Below, in pieces: positions 10,601 to 18,809 of a DNA stretch of 64,000 nt (position 1 is its first letter; each line of letters starts with the position of its first letter). The stretch lies in NCBI GenBank assembly GCA_016861205.1, contig BOKX01000001.1, positions 200,539-264,538 on the forward strand. The letters are read 5' to 3'. The notes below the pieces were generated by a model. It was not told the origin of the DNA and did not search any database. It worked only from the letters and a program-made list of their open reading frames with translations. The translations under genes and the position numbers were made by a program. This DNA is from Patescibacteria group bacterium. Lineage in GTDB: Bacteria > Patescibacteriota > Microgenomatia > UBA1400 > PJMF01.

Positions 10601-10751
10601 AACCATCTTCCCGTTTAAAAACCGACTCGAGCCATTGTTGAAACGGTGTCCGATAGGACATCTCCGAGCTATTTTCATCCTCAATATACCTGGCAAGGCT
10701 TTGCAGATAGTGGGCAGTTGCCTCAGCGATTTGGGTGAATTGATTGATCAT
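7605..10751 (-). CDS. Type IIG (MmeI-like) restriction-modification enzyme: fused PD-(D/E)XK endonuclease + N6-adenine methyltransferase + specificity domain
   Basis: 1048 aa. N-terminal PDFVI...YIEVKK nuclease motif. MTase motif I VLDVATGTGTFL and motif IV GNPPY. Visibly AT-richer than flanking genes. Confidence 0.8.
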   Translation of the reverse strand: MINQFTQIAEATAHYLQSLARYIEDENSSEMSYRTPFQQWLESVFKREDGYLVQHDQRSIDGNKPDFVISRNKIPLLYIEVKKVGVDLEKIAKSDQATRYFGYTNLVITDYLTFYLFRNGHPYDESISLGTYHHGTQTVQPHPEQGERLARTLTDFVFSQKEPIKSGKHLAKIMGGKAQRIRENVIAFLAQPNEKNASLYKLKQVIQDHLVAELDIPHFADMYAQTLVYGLFAARYQDSTLESFTRQEARDLVPPSNPFLRHFFDHIAGANFPPRLDVIVTELCDVFSHADVNALISSYYSKSQTENFDEKDPIIHFYEDFLSEYDAAKKVEMGVFYTPQPVVKFIVRAVDELLKTEFGLNKGLADSSKRSIRADLQNAKGKIVKGNKEYHTVQVLDVATGTGTFLNEVVQHIHQQFAGQEGLWPTYAATELLPRLHGFELMMASYTIAHLKLGLTLRQTGVKDFPGRLGIYLTNTLEKPVDYAPQQALFGLLDSIAEESRQASRIKSEVPVMVVIGNPPYSGVSQNMFYTESDAYRVEPGGHQKLQERKHWLNDDYVKFIRFAETMIEKNGNGIVAMITAHGYIDNVTFRGMRWHLRNTFDEIYVLDLHGNSNKKETAPDGSKDENVFDIKTGVSILIGVKRQNSKPKKKLATVYKANQFGLRKEKLAFLNTASLTDVAWEELKPEVETWLPEVAGKSDYTTGINLAELFPLNTTGIVTMGDTFAIAKHKSELTSNITNFLNQQISAEELKTQFGLGKNYGQWINTNKAKIEFDQQKIVPILYRPFDLRYTYFDGNLIWRPRHKVMSQFLAGDNIGIGFSRTVTGSYAWNDVQVTRHVTEFGYMATRVGNGAPVAPLYIYYPDGTKQANLDPNIWTKLSNIAGKNTTAEEVLDYVYGYLHSPSYRAKFAPFLKTDFPRVPWPKSANQFWQIVELGTQLRKLHLLEATNQLTIETTYPITGDNTVAKYEFEPATQRVWINDEQYFGNVSHIAWKMFIGGYQPAQRWLKDRKGEKLDANDLAHYQIMIAVLKRTEELMHKIDAVISSTN

Positions 10752-10764
10752 GTTCTATGGCGGG

Positions 10765-10792
10765 ATTATACGCTTTCACTTCTGGGTAGCAA
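10765..10792 (-). promoter_or_regulatory. candidate sigma70-type promoter for the RM gene (TTGCTA-N16-TATAAT on minus strand)
   Basis: Minus-strand TATAAT at 10770-10765 lies 14 nt upstream of the ATG. TTGCTA is at 10792-10787. Confidence 0.35.
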
Positions 10793-10795
10793 AAC

Positions 10796-11185
10796 CTACT
10801 TAATCCTGTTCAGCACGCCTTTATTTTTAACAATGTTTTTGTAGTCCCATTGAATCTCGGCAGCTTTTTTGAGCCAGCGACGGAGGTCAGCGGCTACGAT
10901 TTGACTCACATCGGTGTAGCGTTTCTGGGCGGCTTTAAAACTACCTTCCGCCTCTAAACCAGGTTCATCAAAAGACTGCCCGCTCCAAAACAGCAGTTGC
11001 ACATCTTTTTTGAGTTTGGCGTAACCAGCGACCGGATTACCATCCAAAAACCAAACCGGATGCCGATGCCAGATTTTACTTTCAGCTTTGGGTAGTGCTT
11101 CGTCGATGATCTGGCTGAGCTGTTCACAAATTTCTCGATCGGGGTTGTTAAGGGCTTCGTTATATTTGCGAATATCTGGGTGCAT
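10796..11185 (-). CDS. DUF1801 (YdhG-like) domain protein
   Basis: 129 aa. N-terminal pattern resembling the DUF1801 family. Confidence 0.5.
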   Translation of the reverse strand: MHPDIRKYNEALNNPDREICEQLSQIIDEALPKAESKIWHRHPVWFLDGNPVAGYAKLKKDVQLLFWSGQSFDEPGLEAEGSFKAAQKRYTDVSQIVAADLRRWLKKAAEIQWDYKNIVKNKGVLNRIK

Positions 11186-11213
11186 AGATGTTTCCTTTTT
11201 GGCCTGATCAAAC

Positions 11214-11450
11214 TCAGTCTCTCAATAATAATACCAGGTCTGATGCTTTGTCTTTAATAGCCGCGATAGTATCGGTCACACCCAGATTGTAGAAGTGATT
11301 GCCAATGGTGGTCGCCAAAAAGTCTAAAAACAGATCCGCTTGGAGATCACTCAACTCCATCTCCAGTTCGTCCAAAAAATAGGCTTGAAGGGCCAATCGA
11401 ATTTCGGCACGACGGTCTTTGGGTAGTGGCAAAGGGGTTGGCTTTTTCAT
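11214..11450 (-). CDS. DUF2164-like small protein
   Basis: Start taken at the ATG 11450, whose ATG overlaps the TGA stop of the upstream pip gene (ATGA coupling). The track start at 11480 is upstream. Confidence 0.45.
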   Translation of the reverse strand: MKKPTPLPLPKDRRAEIRLALQAYFLDELEMELSDLQADLFLDFLATTIGNHFYNLGVTDTIAAIKDKASDLVLLLRD

Positions 11451-12415
11451 GACGAGCGTGTTTCTCGATCCAAGAACCAACCAAAGGCTAGTTTGCGAGC
11501 GATTTCACCTTCGGCGGTAAACTTATGATTACTCGATGGCAAAATGATGGTGTCAACATGTTCCAGCTGTTTTTGAAGTGTCCAGGCATTATCTACTGGG
11601 CACAACACGTCGTAGCGACCATGGACAATAACTGTCGGGATGTGTTTGATTTTGTTTAGGTCGGTGACCAGTTGATTTGGTTTCAGAAAAAAGTGGTTCG
11701 ACTCATAGTGGAGCCAAATTTTAGCGTCGTTGATGTCACTCTCCTCCACTTCGTCTGGCGATACAAAGTGAATATCTTCTTGCGCAGTCATTAAGTTGTT
11801 TTCCCAGCTACCAATGCCAGCCACAATTTGCTTGGCAGTATCGAGATCTGCGGTCTCCAAAGCTTGCAGCAGTGTTCGTGCAGCTTCGGCTGGATTGGTG
11901 GCGTGTGTGTTCAAAAAGGTGGTGCGACGTTCGAAACTGTCAGGGAAAAGTTTCACCACGCCGTCATTACCTGTGAAAGACCAAGCGATATCTTCCGGTC
12001 GGGCTAAGAAAACGGCACTGAGCAGTAGGCCACGGACTCGGTTGGGGTGAGCTTCTGCATATGCCAGTGCTAGAGTTGATCCCCAGCTACCACCGGCCAC
12101 AAACCAGGTTTCAAGCTGCAGGTGAGCTCGCAAGCGCTCCATATCTGCTATCAAGTCTTGAGTAGTGTTGGCAGCTAGTTGCGCGGTGGGCTGGCTTTGA
12201 CCACAGCCACGTTGATCAAAAGTGATGACTTGATACTTGTCTAAGTTGTAGCCACTAGCTTGTTTAGGCTTGGAGCGTGACCCAGGTCCGCCGTGCAAAA
12301 CAACAATAGCTGGCCCTTTAGGATTGCCATACCGCGAAAAGAAAACGCGATGGTCATCATTTTCTGCCAAGGAGTCAGTCTGAAAAGCTTGGGGAGTCGT
12401 AGTCATGGAAAGCAT
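11447..12415 (-). CDS. pip: proline iminopeptidase (prolyl aminopeptidase, alpha/beta hydrolase S33)
   Basis: HGGPGS oxyanion motif and GGSWGSTLALAYA nucleophile elbow. 322 aa. Confidence 0.85.
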   Translation of the reverse strand: MLSMTTTPQAFQTDSLAENDDHRVFFSRYGNPKGPAIVVLHGGPGSRSKPKQASGYNLDKYQVITFDQRGCGQSQPTAQLAANTTQDLIADMERLRAHLQLETWFVAGGSWGSTLALAYAEAHPNRVRGLLLSAVFLARPEDIAWSFTGNDGVVKLFPDSFERRTTFLNTHATNPAEAARTLLQALETADLDTAKQIVAGIGSWENNLMTAQEDIHFVSPDEVEESDINDAKIWLHYESNHFFLKPNQLVTDLNKIKHIPTVIVHGRYDVLCPVDNAWTLQKQLEHVDTIILPSSNHKFTAEGEIARKLAFGWFLDRETRSS

Positions 12416-12531
12416 GTAGTTATTGTATCAGCCAGTTGGCTGGTATTTTTGATGTAATTTTAATTACAAAACTGTTCTCAAAAGTCACTCTTATGCTTGA
12501 CGTTTCCAACCATTCGATCTAACGTTAAAGT

Positions 12532-13713
12532 ATGTCTAAAAAATCTACAGCCCCTGCCTTGGCCCCATTTTTATCAGTCCTGGCCTTAGGTTTATTACTA
12601 CTCGTCTTAGGCGGCGTTTTCAAGCGAAATGAACTTCGTTCGTGGTTGCGTCGTAGTGACGAGGCGAAACAAGCTAAAGTCTACCCTGAGCCCCAGGCTC
12701 GAACATATGCCCAGGCAATTCAACTGCCTCAACCCAGCACTACCAAGGGTATGCCTTTGGAAAAAGCCATCCAAGAACGACGCAGTCGCCGTGATTTTTC
12801 TGATAAACCAGTCACCATGGCCGAACTGAGTCAGTTGCTGTGGTCAGCCCAAGGCATTACTGATCCGGAGACTGGTCACCGTGCGGCCCCTTCGGCTCGA
12901 GGTGCCTATCCATTCACAGTTTTTGTAGTTGTTAGAAACGTATCTGGTTTGGAGCCAGGTTTGTATGAGTACTTGCCGAAAACACAGAGTTTAGGGAGTT
13001 TAATGCTGGCTGACGCCGGCCAAAAGTTAAGTGGCGCTGGTGTCCAACCAGGCGCCCAACAGGCTCCAGTTGTGTTTGTGCTGAGCGCAGCGTATGGCAA
13101 GGCACAAAAAACGCTCGGTGAGTCAGCTGTCAGTTCAAGTTTGTTGGAAGCCGGGCACATCGGTCAAAACATGTATCTCCAAACCGAGAGCTTGCGAATG
13201 TCGATGGTGGTGATGGCTGGTTTTGACGCCGCCAAAGTTGGTTCTGCACTGTCACTCGATCCAGCTGAGACAGTCGTCTACTTGATGCCGTTTGGTCACA
13301 CAGGCGTGGCTCAACCTGAGGCTGCAACAGTCAAAGGGGCCACCACCGAGGCTCTGCCCCACTTTACTGCCGAAGAGCTATCTCGCTACGACGGCAAAGA
13401 AGGCCGATCTGCGTATTACGCTTTCGAGGGTAAAGTCTATGACGTCACCAAGAGTGCTTTGTGGAAAGGTGGCCTTCACTACACCGTGCAGGCTGGCCAA
13501 GATTTAACTGGTAAACTGGAAGGCGCTCCACACGGTACTGAAGTTTTTGCTGGTTTTCCAGTGGTAGGCACCTATGGTGACCAACCAACACCAACTCCAG
13601 CGGCAGTAACTGCTGAAGGTTCAGAGGTTTCCCCCTACGTGGTCGCCGGTGCCGTGGGAGCCGTGGTAGTGGTGGGTGGAGCTGGTTTAATGCTTCTCAA
13701 ACGGCGAAAGTAG
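12532..13713 (+). CDS. membrane protein: SagB-type nitroreductase-fold dehydrogenase domain fused to cytochrome b5-like heme-binding domain, C-terminal TM anchor
   Basis: N-terminal TM segment. APSARGAYPFTVFVVVRNVSGLEPGLYEY is the SagB/ThcOx signature. FTAEELSRYDGKEGRSAYYAFEGKVYDVT...HG is cyt-b5-like. PT linker, then a hydrophobic tail ending KRRK. Confidence 0.65.
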   Translation: MSKKSTAPALAPFLSVLALGLLLLVLGGVFKRNELRSWLRRSDEAKQAKVYPEPQARTYAQAIQLPQPSTTKGMPLEKAIQERRSRRDFSDKPVTMAELSQLLWSAQGITDPETGHRAAPSARGAYPFTVFVVVRNVSGLEPGLYEYLPKTQSLGSLMLADAGQKLSGAGVQPGAQQAPVVFVLSAAYGKAQKTLGESAVSSSLLEAGHIGQNMYLQTESLRMSMVVMAGFDAAKVGSALSLDPAETVVYLMPFGHTGVAQPEAATVKGATTEALPHFTAEELSRYDGKEGRSAYYAFEGKVYDVTKSALWKGGLHYTVQAGQDLTGKLEGAPHGTEVFAGFPVVGTYGDQPTPTPAAVTAEGSEVSPYVVAGAVGAVVVVGGAGLMLLKRRK

Positions 13714-13734
13714 CCGAGCTAAGTGTGTCTAGCC

Positions 13735-14565
13735 TCACAGCTGATAGTCTGAGCGGTTTTGGATTTCCTCGTGGATACGAGTGAGCATCTCTTGATAGCT
13801 GCAGGTGGGTAGGCCAAGTGCCTTTAATTCGTGCTCGTCACACTCTTGCAGTGGTAGTGTCAGTCCTTTATCAACTGGTTTCACCGTTACTCCGAATGGG
13901 GCCAAGATATCTTTAGCTGTCGAGTACTGTGTCTGTACTGATGGAGAAGTTACATGGATAGTTTGATTAAAAAGATTTTTTTTGATTGCCACGTCTATAA
14001 CTGCAGATACATGCCCTACGTAGGTGGGCTGAAATTGCCAAGACGTATCAAACTCACCGACCGTGTTCGTGTCTAAGCATTTGAGCACCCGATTGAATGG
14101 TCGATCGTTCTCCGTGTTTGGACTCAAGCCCAAGATGAGTGATGGGCGTATGATGAGATACCCGGCAGTAGTTTTTTTAACACTTTCTTCTGACTGCACT
14201 TTCAACTGGCCGTAAATGTCACCCGGTGTGATAGCGGCAAATGACGATATAAAGATGACTTTGGCGCCAACTGTGTTGGCTGCGGCCACGATATGGTTAG
14301 TGGCTTGCTGGTTGAGTGCTTGATAGCCTTGTGGATCATTGGCAGCTGGTCGTGGACTGGCATGATTAGCCGGATGGATCACGATATCAGGCTGATACTG
14401 CTCAAAAACTTCTCGGACTTGGTGTGCATCAGTAATGTCGAGCTGAATAAAATCGGCACAGAGTTGGCTTTTGTGATACGTGCCAATGACCTCAAACTTT
14501 TTTCTCAAATCCAAAAACAGCCGAGCCCCAAGATAACCATTAGCGCCGATGAGGAGGATTTTCAT
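13735..14565 (-). CDS. NAD(P)-dependent epimerase/dehydratase family protein (RmlD-like reductase)
   Basis: N-terminal Rossmann MKILLIGANGYLG. 276 aa. Confidence 0.65.
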   Translation of the reverse strand: MKILLIGANGYLGARLFLDLRKKFEVIGTYHKSQLCADFIQLDITDAHQVREVFEQYQPDIVIHPANHASPRPAANDPQGYQALNQQATNHIVAAANTVGAKVIFISSFAAITPGDIYGQLKVQSEESVKKTTAGYLIIRPSLILGLSPNTENDRPFNRVLKCLDTNTVGEFDTSWQFQPTYVGHVSAVIDVAIKKNLFNQTIHVTSPSVQTQYSTAKDILAPFGVTVKPVDKGLTLPLQECDEHELKALGLPTCSYQEMLTRIHEEIQNRSDYQL

Positions 14566-14821
14566 AGTGAATTGTTAGTGTACCTTGAGCAAAAATCTGA
14601 CTTGGCTCAATTTCTTTATCAAGTAGATGTTGAATTACTGCGCCAGCTACAGCTGAAAGCAAGATTTTAGCAGTTAGTGATAGATTGGTCATCTTTTCAA
14701 TATCAACTGCTGCCAGAGAATCAAGACGGAAGGTTTTGCCAGTTAGTTCTGCAAATTGCTCGGCAGCGACCCAAGAGATGGTGCCCGTTTCTGAGCCAAT
14801 GAGGTAGGTAATTTTTGTCAT
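14540..14821 (-). CDS. hypothetical small protein
   Basis: The track start at 14833 is GTG. The ATG at 14821 gives MTKITYLIGSETGT (flavodoxin-like N-terminus). Overlaps the downstream gene start by 26 nt. Confidence 0.35.
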   Translation of the reverse strand: MTKITYLIGSETGTISWVAAEQFAELTGKTFRLDSLAAVDIEKMTNLSLTAKILLSAVAGAVIQHLLDKEIEPSQIFAQGTLTIHYENPPHRR

Positions 14822-14884
14822 AACTTGATGCACTGATTCTGGACTCTTTATTTATTTTCTTTCCCTTCCAGTATAATCAAATCA

Positions 14885-15520
14885 ATGACAAACGTAAAAC
14901 ACGTGTACTTTGATGTGGGTGGAGTTTTGCTGCTCGATTACTCAGGCACCAATAAGTGGATTGAGATGAAGCGCGATCTAGGGGTGACTGAAGCTCAAGA
15001 CGCTGTTTTTGATCAAGTTTGGAAAAAGTATCGCCAAAGAATTTGTGTCGACTGTGATGTCGATACCATTATTCGTGATTTTGAAGCAGTTCTCGATCGA
15101 AAATTGGACAACTACTCCATGCTTGAAGATTTTGTAAATCGATTTGAGTTGAACCCTTCGATTTGGCCTGTAGCGAACGCGGCCAAAGAGAAATACGCAG
15201 TTGGTTTGCTGACCAATATGTATCCACGAATGTTGAGTTCAATTACGGCCAAGAAACTGATACCTGATCTGGACTGGAATGTTGTTGTGGACTCAAGTGT
15301 CGTTGGACACCAAAAGCCCGATCCGGGGATTTTTGAAGCTGCCGAGAAACAAGCCGCTGTAGAGCCTGAGGCAATTTTCTTCATCGATAATAGTCCTGAA
15401 CATGTGAAAGCAGCTCAAGCACGAGGTTGGCAGGCGGTTCACTACAACCCACAGCTTCATGAGGTTTCAAATCAAGAAATCATCGACCTATTGGGGTTAG
15501 ATGTTGAGAACACAGGCTGA
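14885..15520 (+). CDS. HAD-superfamily hydrolase (subfamily IA-like)
   Basis: Motif I VYFDVGGVLL plus downstream HAD motifs. TATAAT at 14872-14877 is only 7 nt before the ATG, so the transcript may be leaderless. Confidence 0.7.
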   Translation: MTNVKHVYFDVGGVLLLDYSGTNKWIEMKRDLGVTEAQDAVFDQVWKKYRQRICVDCDVDTIIRDFEAVLDRKLDNYSMLEDFVNRFELNPSIWPVANAAKEKYAVGLLTNMYPRMLSSITAKKLIPDLDWNVVVDSSVVGHQKPDPGIFEAAEKQAAVEPEAIFFIDNSPEHVKAAQARGWQAVHYNPQLHEVSNQEIIDLLGLDVENTG

Positions 15521-15584
15521 TTACCTTGTGACTTGATTAACGTCGCGCGTTTACCGCTGGCATGGTCGCAAGGTCAAGGTCTGC

Positions 15585-15617
15585 TCTCCCCGCGAGTGTC
15601 TAGAATCTGCGGGGAGA
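15585..15617. terminator. GC-rich hairpin between convergent genes (9-bp stem TCTCCCCGC/GCGGGGAGA, 15-nt loop), no U-tract
   Basis: Read directly from the sequence. Lies between the 3' ends of the 14885-15520 (+) and 15628-15981 (-) genes. Confidence 0.35.
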
Positions 15618-15627
15618 ACAACATACC

Positions 15628-15981
15628 TTAGATTCCGTGCCAATGGCTATCAGCAATGTCAGGCTTACTTGCTGCTAAAGCTTGATAGAGACTGTACAAA
15701 TCTGCTGGTGTCCACTGCATCAGTTGTTCTTTGCTCAGTGGTAACGGTTGTGTTTGAGCTTGGATATACACCAAAATTTTAAGCACATACTCGTCCATTA
15801 GCTGCTCTCGTCGTTCCTTGCGACGTTGATTCCCACTTATGTCATCCCAAGCAACATGTGACGTGGCTAGCTGAGCTAGCGCGCCATACAGTTGTTCGAT
15901 GGAATCGCTGAGAGGATCTCTGATAGCATAAGCCTTAACAGTTACTGATGCGTCACCTATATTTTTTGCAATTTCATTCAT
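15628..15981 (-). CDS. hypothetical protein
   Basis: ATG at 15981 has a strong SD (AAAGGAGGTG) 7 nt upstream. The track start at 15990 is GTG. Confidence 0.5.
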   Translation of the reverse strand: MNEIAKNIGDASVTVKAYAIRDPLSDSIEQLYGALAQLATSHVAWDDISGNQRRKERREQLMDEYVLKILVYIQAQTQPLPLSKEQLMQWTPADLYSLYQALAASKPDIADSHWHGI

Positions 15982-16043
15982 ATTTTTCACCTCCTTTCTC
16001 TTGATGCAACTTTACTAATCCCGCGGGCACATATTAAAAAGCA

Positions 16044-16068
16044 CAAAAAAACCTCCGTGAGGAGGTTT
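16044..16068 (-). terminator. rho-independent terminator (AAACCUCC-GUGA-GGAGGUUU followed by U7 on minus strand)
   Basis: Perfect 8-bp stem with a tetraloop and a T-run on the minus strand, downstream of the 16225-17085 gene. Confidence 0.6.
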
Positions 16069-16224
16069 GGTACGTGATACTGTTAGTGATTACTTTCTAC
16101 AACCGCACAACCTCCTTAGAGTGTAAGAAGGTAAAAAAAGCGGTACTAGCAGCCGAATAGATTGATTTCACGGGTACAAGAATACCACTAATATTGTTAT
16201 GGGTCAAATTTATTGCTCGTCTGG

Positions 16225-17085
16225 CTAGAGAAACAACACCAACAGTCCCGCCGTGACTCCAACGACCCCAATCATTTTTTTAACCGTTAGCTCATCTTTA
16301 AAAAAGTACGCAGACATTAAAGTTAACAGAGAGATTGAGGCGGCGTTGGCTGCGTTTACGAAGCCGACATTTGGTGCCAAGTTAAACCCGACTTGCATAA
16401 AGTAATTAAAACCGGCGCCAAAAACACCGATGAAAACTAAGGTGATGAGCTGGTCTTTGGACAGATTTTTCCAGTTCACTTTTTTGTACACTACTTCGCC
16501 AAAAATAAGCACAGTTGTGACCATCATTGACAGAATTAATCTTGAAAGGATGGGTACACCAACGTTCAGAAGATACTTTGAACTTAACGCCAAAAATCCC
16601 CAGCAAAAAAAGGCGCCCATGGTGTACGGCAACCACAGGGTGTTTGAGGTAGTTTGGTGTTTGGCTTTGTCGATGGTAATCAAGGCTGAAAAGGCGATGA
16701 TTAAACCGATAGCTACGACTGACTGCATAGTTAACGGAGCTGAAAATAGAAAAATCGAGGCAACACTTGTGAACACGACATAGCTTTTGGAAATAATCAG
16801 GCTGTAGCCAGGGTTGGGCGCAAACGCAATGCCTTTTAACGAAAATGAATTGCCCAGATAACTAAAGAAGACGCCCTGAATAATGATGAGAAAGTACTGC
16901 AACGGGGTTAGTGAAAAATTGGTGGGTGTTTTGATCGTCAGCGCTAAGTACACAATCACTGGGATGAGAAACATGGCCAGATTGTTGAGTTGCTGGGGCG
17001 TTTGCAGCTGATTGCTTTTTCGGACACCAAGGTACAGAGCAACTGAACCAAGAAACATGAGCAAGCTAGCGATGATCCAGTTCAT
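16225..17085 (-). CDS. EamA-like/DMT superfamily membrane transporter
   Basis: About 10 TM segments. Start taken at the first ATG (17085, MNWII); the track start at 17157 is TTG. AT-rich gene. Confidence 0.55.
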   Translation of the reverse strand: MNWIIASLLMFLGSVALYLGVRKSNQLQTPQQLNNLAMFLIPVIVYLALTIKTPTNFSLTPLQYFLIIIQGVFFSYLGNSFSLKGIAFAPNPGYSLIISKSYVVFTSVASIFLFSAPLTMQSVVAIGLIIAFSALITIDKAKHQTTSNTLWLPYTMGAFFCWGFLALSSKYLLNVGVPILSRLILSMMVTTVLIFGEVVYKKVNWKNLSKDQLITLVFIGVFGAGFNYFMQVGFNLAPNVGFVNAANAASISLLTLMSAYFFKDELTVKKMIGVVGVTAGLLVLFL

Positions 17086-17161
17086 AGTGTAAGCGTATTT
17101 TAGCAGTCCTCGATGATGCGATGTAGGTCTGGTTGATTGAGTTGCGAGCTTCGGCAATCAA

Positions 17162-17830
17162 TCAGTTGTGTTTAACAATTGCATCGCCTTGCAGTAGTGG
17201 CACAAAATCAAATGTATCTAATTCTAAACAAAGATGGAAATCTTGTTCAGGAAATTCATGATTATTCGGATCCAAAAATCTCTCTGCCCCAGGGTGGTTT
17301 TTCATGTAGTCAATAATGTCATGAAGCGACTTTGGTTGCTTATTAGTAAGCAACGCAATGAGGTGGTCAGCAAATAAATCATCTTCAGACCCTTCACCGT
17401 CCATTGCAACTATGGAGATAGGCTGAGTTTTTTTGTTAGAGAGATACTTAAAAATGGCAGAGCTCGTAGTAAAACTGCCGAAAATAATCTCACTTGCCTT
17501 TGATGCGTTAACTATTCCTTGTGTACCCATTGAACTTCTGTGAATAACTATTTTATTTAAGATATTACTTGCATGGCTAATTTCATAAGGTGAGTTTCCA
17601 TAATCGAAGCCATCAATCTTGTAGCCATGTTTTTCTCCAACCAATAAGGAATTAGGATTTCCTTTTTTGTAGCCAAAAGCTTGTTCTTTCGTAGCGACAG
17701 GGATTATTTTGCTTGCACCTTTGTCCAATAAATACGCTGAAACAGTAGCAGCTCTAAAAATATCAATGATGACCGTAATACCTTGAGATTTCTTTGCACC
17801 TTCAACGCCAAATAATTTTTGGATATCCAT
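17162..17830 (-). CDS. 2-phosphosulfolactate phosphatase (ComB) family protein
   Basis: VIIDIFRAATVSAYLL resembles the ComB-family N-terminal motif. 222 aa. AT-rich. Confidence 0.55.
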   Translation of the reverse strand: MDIQKLFGVEGAKKSQGITVIIDIFRAATVSAYLLDKGASKIIPVATKEQAFGYKKGNPNSLLVGEKHGYKIDGFDYGNSPYEISHASNILNKIVIHRSSMGTQGIVNASKASEIIFGSFTTSSAIFKYLSNKKTQPISIVAMDGEGSEDDLFADHLIALLTNKQPKSLHDIIDYMKNHPGAERFLDPNNHEFPEQDFHLCLELDTFDFVPLLQGDAIVKHN

Positions 17831-17937
17831 AGTGTTATTCTAACAAGTTTCTTTAGGGGAATGTCGCGTAACTCTTGGTTGGGGCACCAAGTTTTTGCTT
17901 AAAAGGTGGGTCGATGGTTGGACGAAGTTCGAACTTT

Positions 17938-18531
17938 TTATTCTACATCTGCAGTTTTGACTTCACCCGCACGCTCATAGTAAGCAATGATGACGCCACT
18001 AGGTGAAATAAGTGACTTAAAGAGTTTGAAGGCAGCCGGTATAGTACCTTGGTCAAACAATCGTTTTCCTGTGCCAAGAGTTATAGGAAATATCTTTAGC
18101 CAAAATTCATCTACCAAATCATGTTTCATTAGTGTCTGAAGAAGATCTATACTTCCGTACACTTGTAAGTCTGGACCATCTGATTTCTTTAGCTCTTTCA
18201 ACTCCTCAACATCTCTAAGCACAACGGTGTTTTCCCATGTAGGGTTCTTTACTGTTTTAGATACTACATATTTGGTAATTTTGTTTACTTGTGGCCATGG
18301 TGCTGTGTGTTCCGGCCAATAGCCTGCAAAAATATCGTATGTTCTACGTCCGAGCAATAATGCAGACGTCTTCCCCATTTGGATTTCCATTTCTTTTCCA
18401 CTAGTTTCGTCAAAGTAAGGACTCATCCAGCCACCATATTTGAAACCTTCAGCTGTATCCTCTTTGGATCCACCAGGAGCCTGCATTACTCCATCCATTG
18501 TTATAAACTCTACAGCAATTATTTTTCTCAT
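17938..18531 (-). CDS. dihydrofolate reductase family protein (RibD_C-like), paralog of 1945-2502
   Basis: VEFITMDGVMQAPGG...LLLGRRTYD pattern of the RibD_C/YwjB-like family. AT-rich. Confidence 0.65.
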   Translation of the reverse strand: MRKIIAVEFITMDGVMQAPGGSKEDTAEGFKYGGWMSPYFDETSGKEMEIQMGKTSALLLGRRTYDIFAGYWPEHTAPWPQVNKITKYVVSKTVKNPTWENTVVLRDVEELKELKKSDGPDLQVYGSIDLLQTLMKHDLVDEFWLKIFPITLGTGKRLFDQGTIPAAFKLFKSLISPSGVIIAYYERAGEVKTADVE

Positions 18532-18645
18532 ACGAAAGATTGTAGCAGAATTAATATATAAATATGGAAATAACTATAGTTATTTTATTGAAATCGGGTT
18601 TAAACTTCCGGTCAGGGTATGAAATTTCCAGAGGAAAAACGTATG

Positions 18646-18720
18646 GGTGCCCAACGAGACTCGAACCCGCGACCTCCGCTTTCACAGAGCGGCGCTCTAA
18701 CCAACTGAGCTATGGGCACC
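18646..18720 (-). tRNA. tRNA-His (anticodon GTG)
   Basis: Cloverleaf read by eye: an extra 5' G-1 paired with C73, D-arm TAGCTCAGTTGGTTAGAGC, anticodon loop CTGTGAA, T-arm GGTTCGAGTC. CCA is not encoded. Confidence 0.85.
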
Positions 18721-18809
18721 ATGTACTGACACGCAGTGACAGGCACATATTATATCAGGCATGGCGGCGTTGAGCATAGTCGAGATTAGGTTGTGAAGCG
18801 AGTCGCAAT

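Noticed and set aside
7605-10751. Possibility that the NPPY methyltransferase giant is BREX PglX
   Set aside because: No brxA/B/C, pglZ or brxL-like genes occur within the 64 kb. The N-terminal PD-(D/E)XK motif plus the single-polypeptide layout fits an MmeI-like Type IIG enzyme better.
16020-16031. CCCGCGGGCAC near 16.02 kb as a possible att repeat of the tRNA-His 3' end
   Set aside because: Only a 6-nt CCCGCG match to the tRNA T-arm, which is not convincing as a direct repeat.
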